A stretch of 64,000 nucleotides of DNA from Octopus bimaculoides (lineage: Eukaryota): positions 31,753,881 through 31,817,880 of the forward strand of contig NC_068984.1 in the NCBI RefSeq assembly GCF_001194135.2, read 5' to 3'. The translations under genes and the position numbers were made by a program. Positions 62,781 through 64,000 of this stretch are shown one piece after another. The notes below the pieces were generated by a model that saw nothing but the letters and a program-made list of their open reading frames with translations, did no database searches and had not been told where the DNA came from. Positions within the stretch are counted from its first letter, which is position 1. Each line of letters opens with the position of its first letter.

Positions 62781-64000
62781 AGAATATCTGGCAAAAAATT
62801 CAAAAAGATAATGTACCTCTTCTGCAAATAGCAGCAGCAACAATAACGATTTCTAGTATAAGAGCAAGGCCACTGAATTTGGTTGGAGAATAGTCTTGAC
62901 TGCATTGTTTCCGTTGTTGCCTAGAACCAGGGATTTGAAATCCAAACATAAAAAGACATGGGCAAATATCAGGAGGCATTTTGTTTGATGCACCACTGAT
63001 TCAGAACATAAACAAAAATGATAAAAAGAAATAAAAAATATAAATGAATATTTCAGAGTCAAACTGTCTTGTATTTTTACTTTTATAATATTGGTGTGGT
63101 GGCCTATGTATTTCATGAAGGTTTTTTGTTATCTTGTTCCTTTATATCTTCTAGGATTTCCTCTTGCTCTTGGATTTACATGAATGCATTTATGTGTGTA
63201 TATGCACATATGAATGTATCAGTGTGCATGTGTGTGTGTGCTTGTATATATATATGCATGTATGTATGTATATATATACACAAACACACAGATATATATA
63301 TCTATATATATATATATATATANNNNNNNNNNATATATATATATATATATATCTGTATGTATGCATATGTGTATGAATGTGTGTATGTAAACATGATTAG
63401 GAAATGCATTAGATTAAAAATAAAAGATAGTATACAAATAACAAACACACACCCATGTGCATGCATACACATGAATAAATGAATAAAGGAAGGAAACAAA
63501 ATGTGGGCAGTTTGGATAGCATTATTCAACCCACCACGACCATCTTTCTGATTTCATCAAGAGTAATCAACTCAGTAAAACACTAGGCTGATTTTGAGCT
63601 GTGATAATCAACAAATTTCATTATGCAGACTACATGGAACCAAAGGAGCAAGTCTGCTTGACTGTTTTTGCTAATGTTTTCCTTTTTATTTTGTATATTA
63701 AAAAAAGTAATTTATTATTAATTTTATCATTATTTTATGAAAAAACATCATATCTTCCATCGCAGTAAATACTATTAGAGGATTTTTATTTTTATTTTTC
63801 ATAGATCCTGTTTTTTTTTTTATTAATTATTACTCCTTATTTATTTCGGAATTTTTTAAATATTTTTTTTTAACTGTTATTTTGTGTAGAGATTATCTTT
63901 TTCAAATGCAAATCAGATAATGAATACTGATGATAATAACAAAAAAAAAATAAAGAAAATATATATAACAAATGAAGATTAAATGAACAACAACAATAAT

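Overview
AT-rich, repeat-dense animal genomic DNA from a short-read scaffold: N gaps sit next to (TA)n/(GA)n or inside repeats. The mix of repeat families (tRNA-derived SINEs, RTE LINEs with (GAT)n tails, R4/Dong-type REL retroelements with (TAA)n tails, Penelope-like elements, several mariner lineages) looks like a cephalopod (Octopus-like) genome; this is pattern recognition, not a database match. I could not identify any host protein-coding exon with confidence. The meaningful ORFs in the track are decayed transposon fragments; the rest are microsatellite, gap or chance ORFs. The window reads as intronic/intergenic DNA: two CpG-depleted blocks (~1-32 kb, ~45-59.7 kb) flank a CpG-retaining block (~32.3-45 kb) with a CCAAT-box cluster, and a second CpG-retaining patch near 60-61 kb has a consensus minus-strand splice donor. 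The most unusual structures are: (1) a ~700-bp palindromic element of two back-to-back tRNA-like SINE heads, each arm carrying a hammerhead-like CUGAUGA/GAAA core, with a candidate 10-bp TSD; (2) a 525-bp foldback MITE centred on opposed TTAGGG repeats; (3) a Penelope element with ~540-bp inverted terminal repeats; (4) an RTE reverse transcriptase with a PHD-like finger inside the RT region. Boundaries of decayed relics are approximate.
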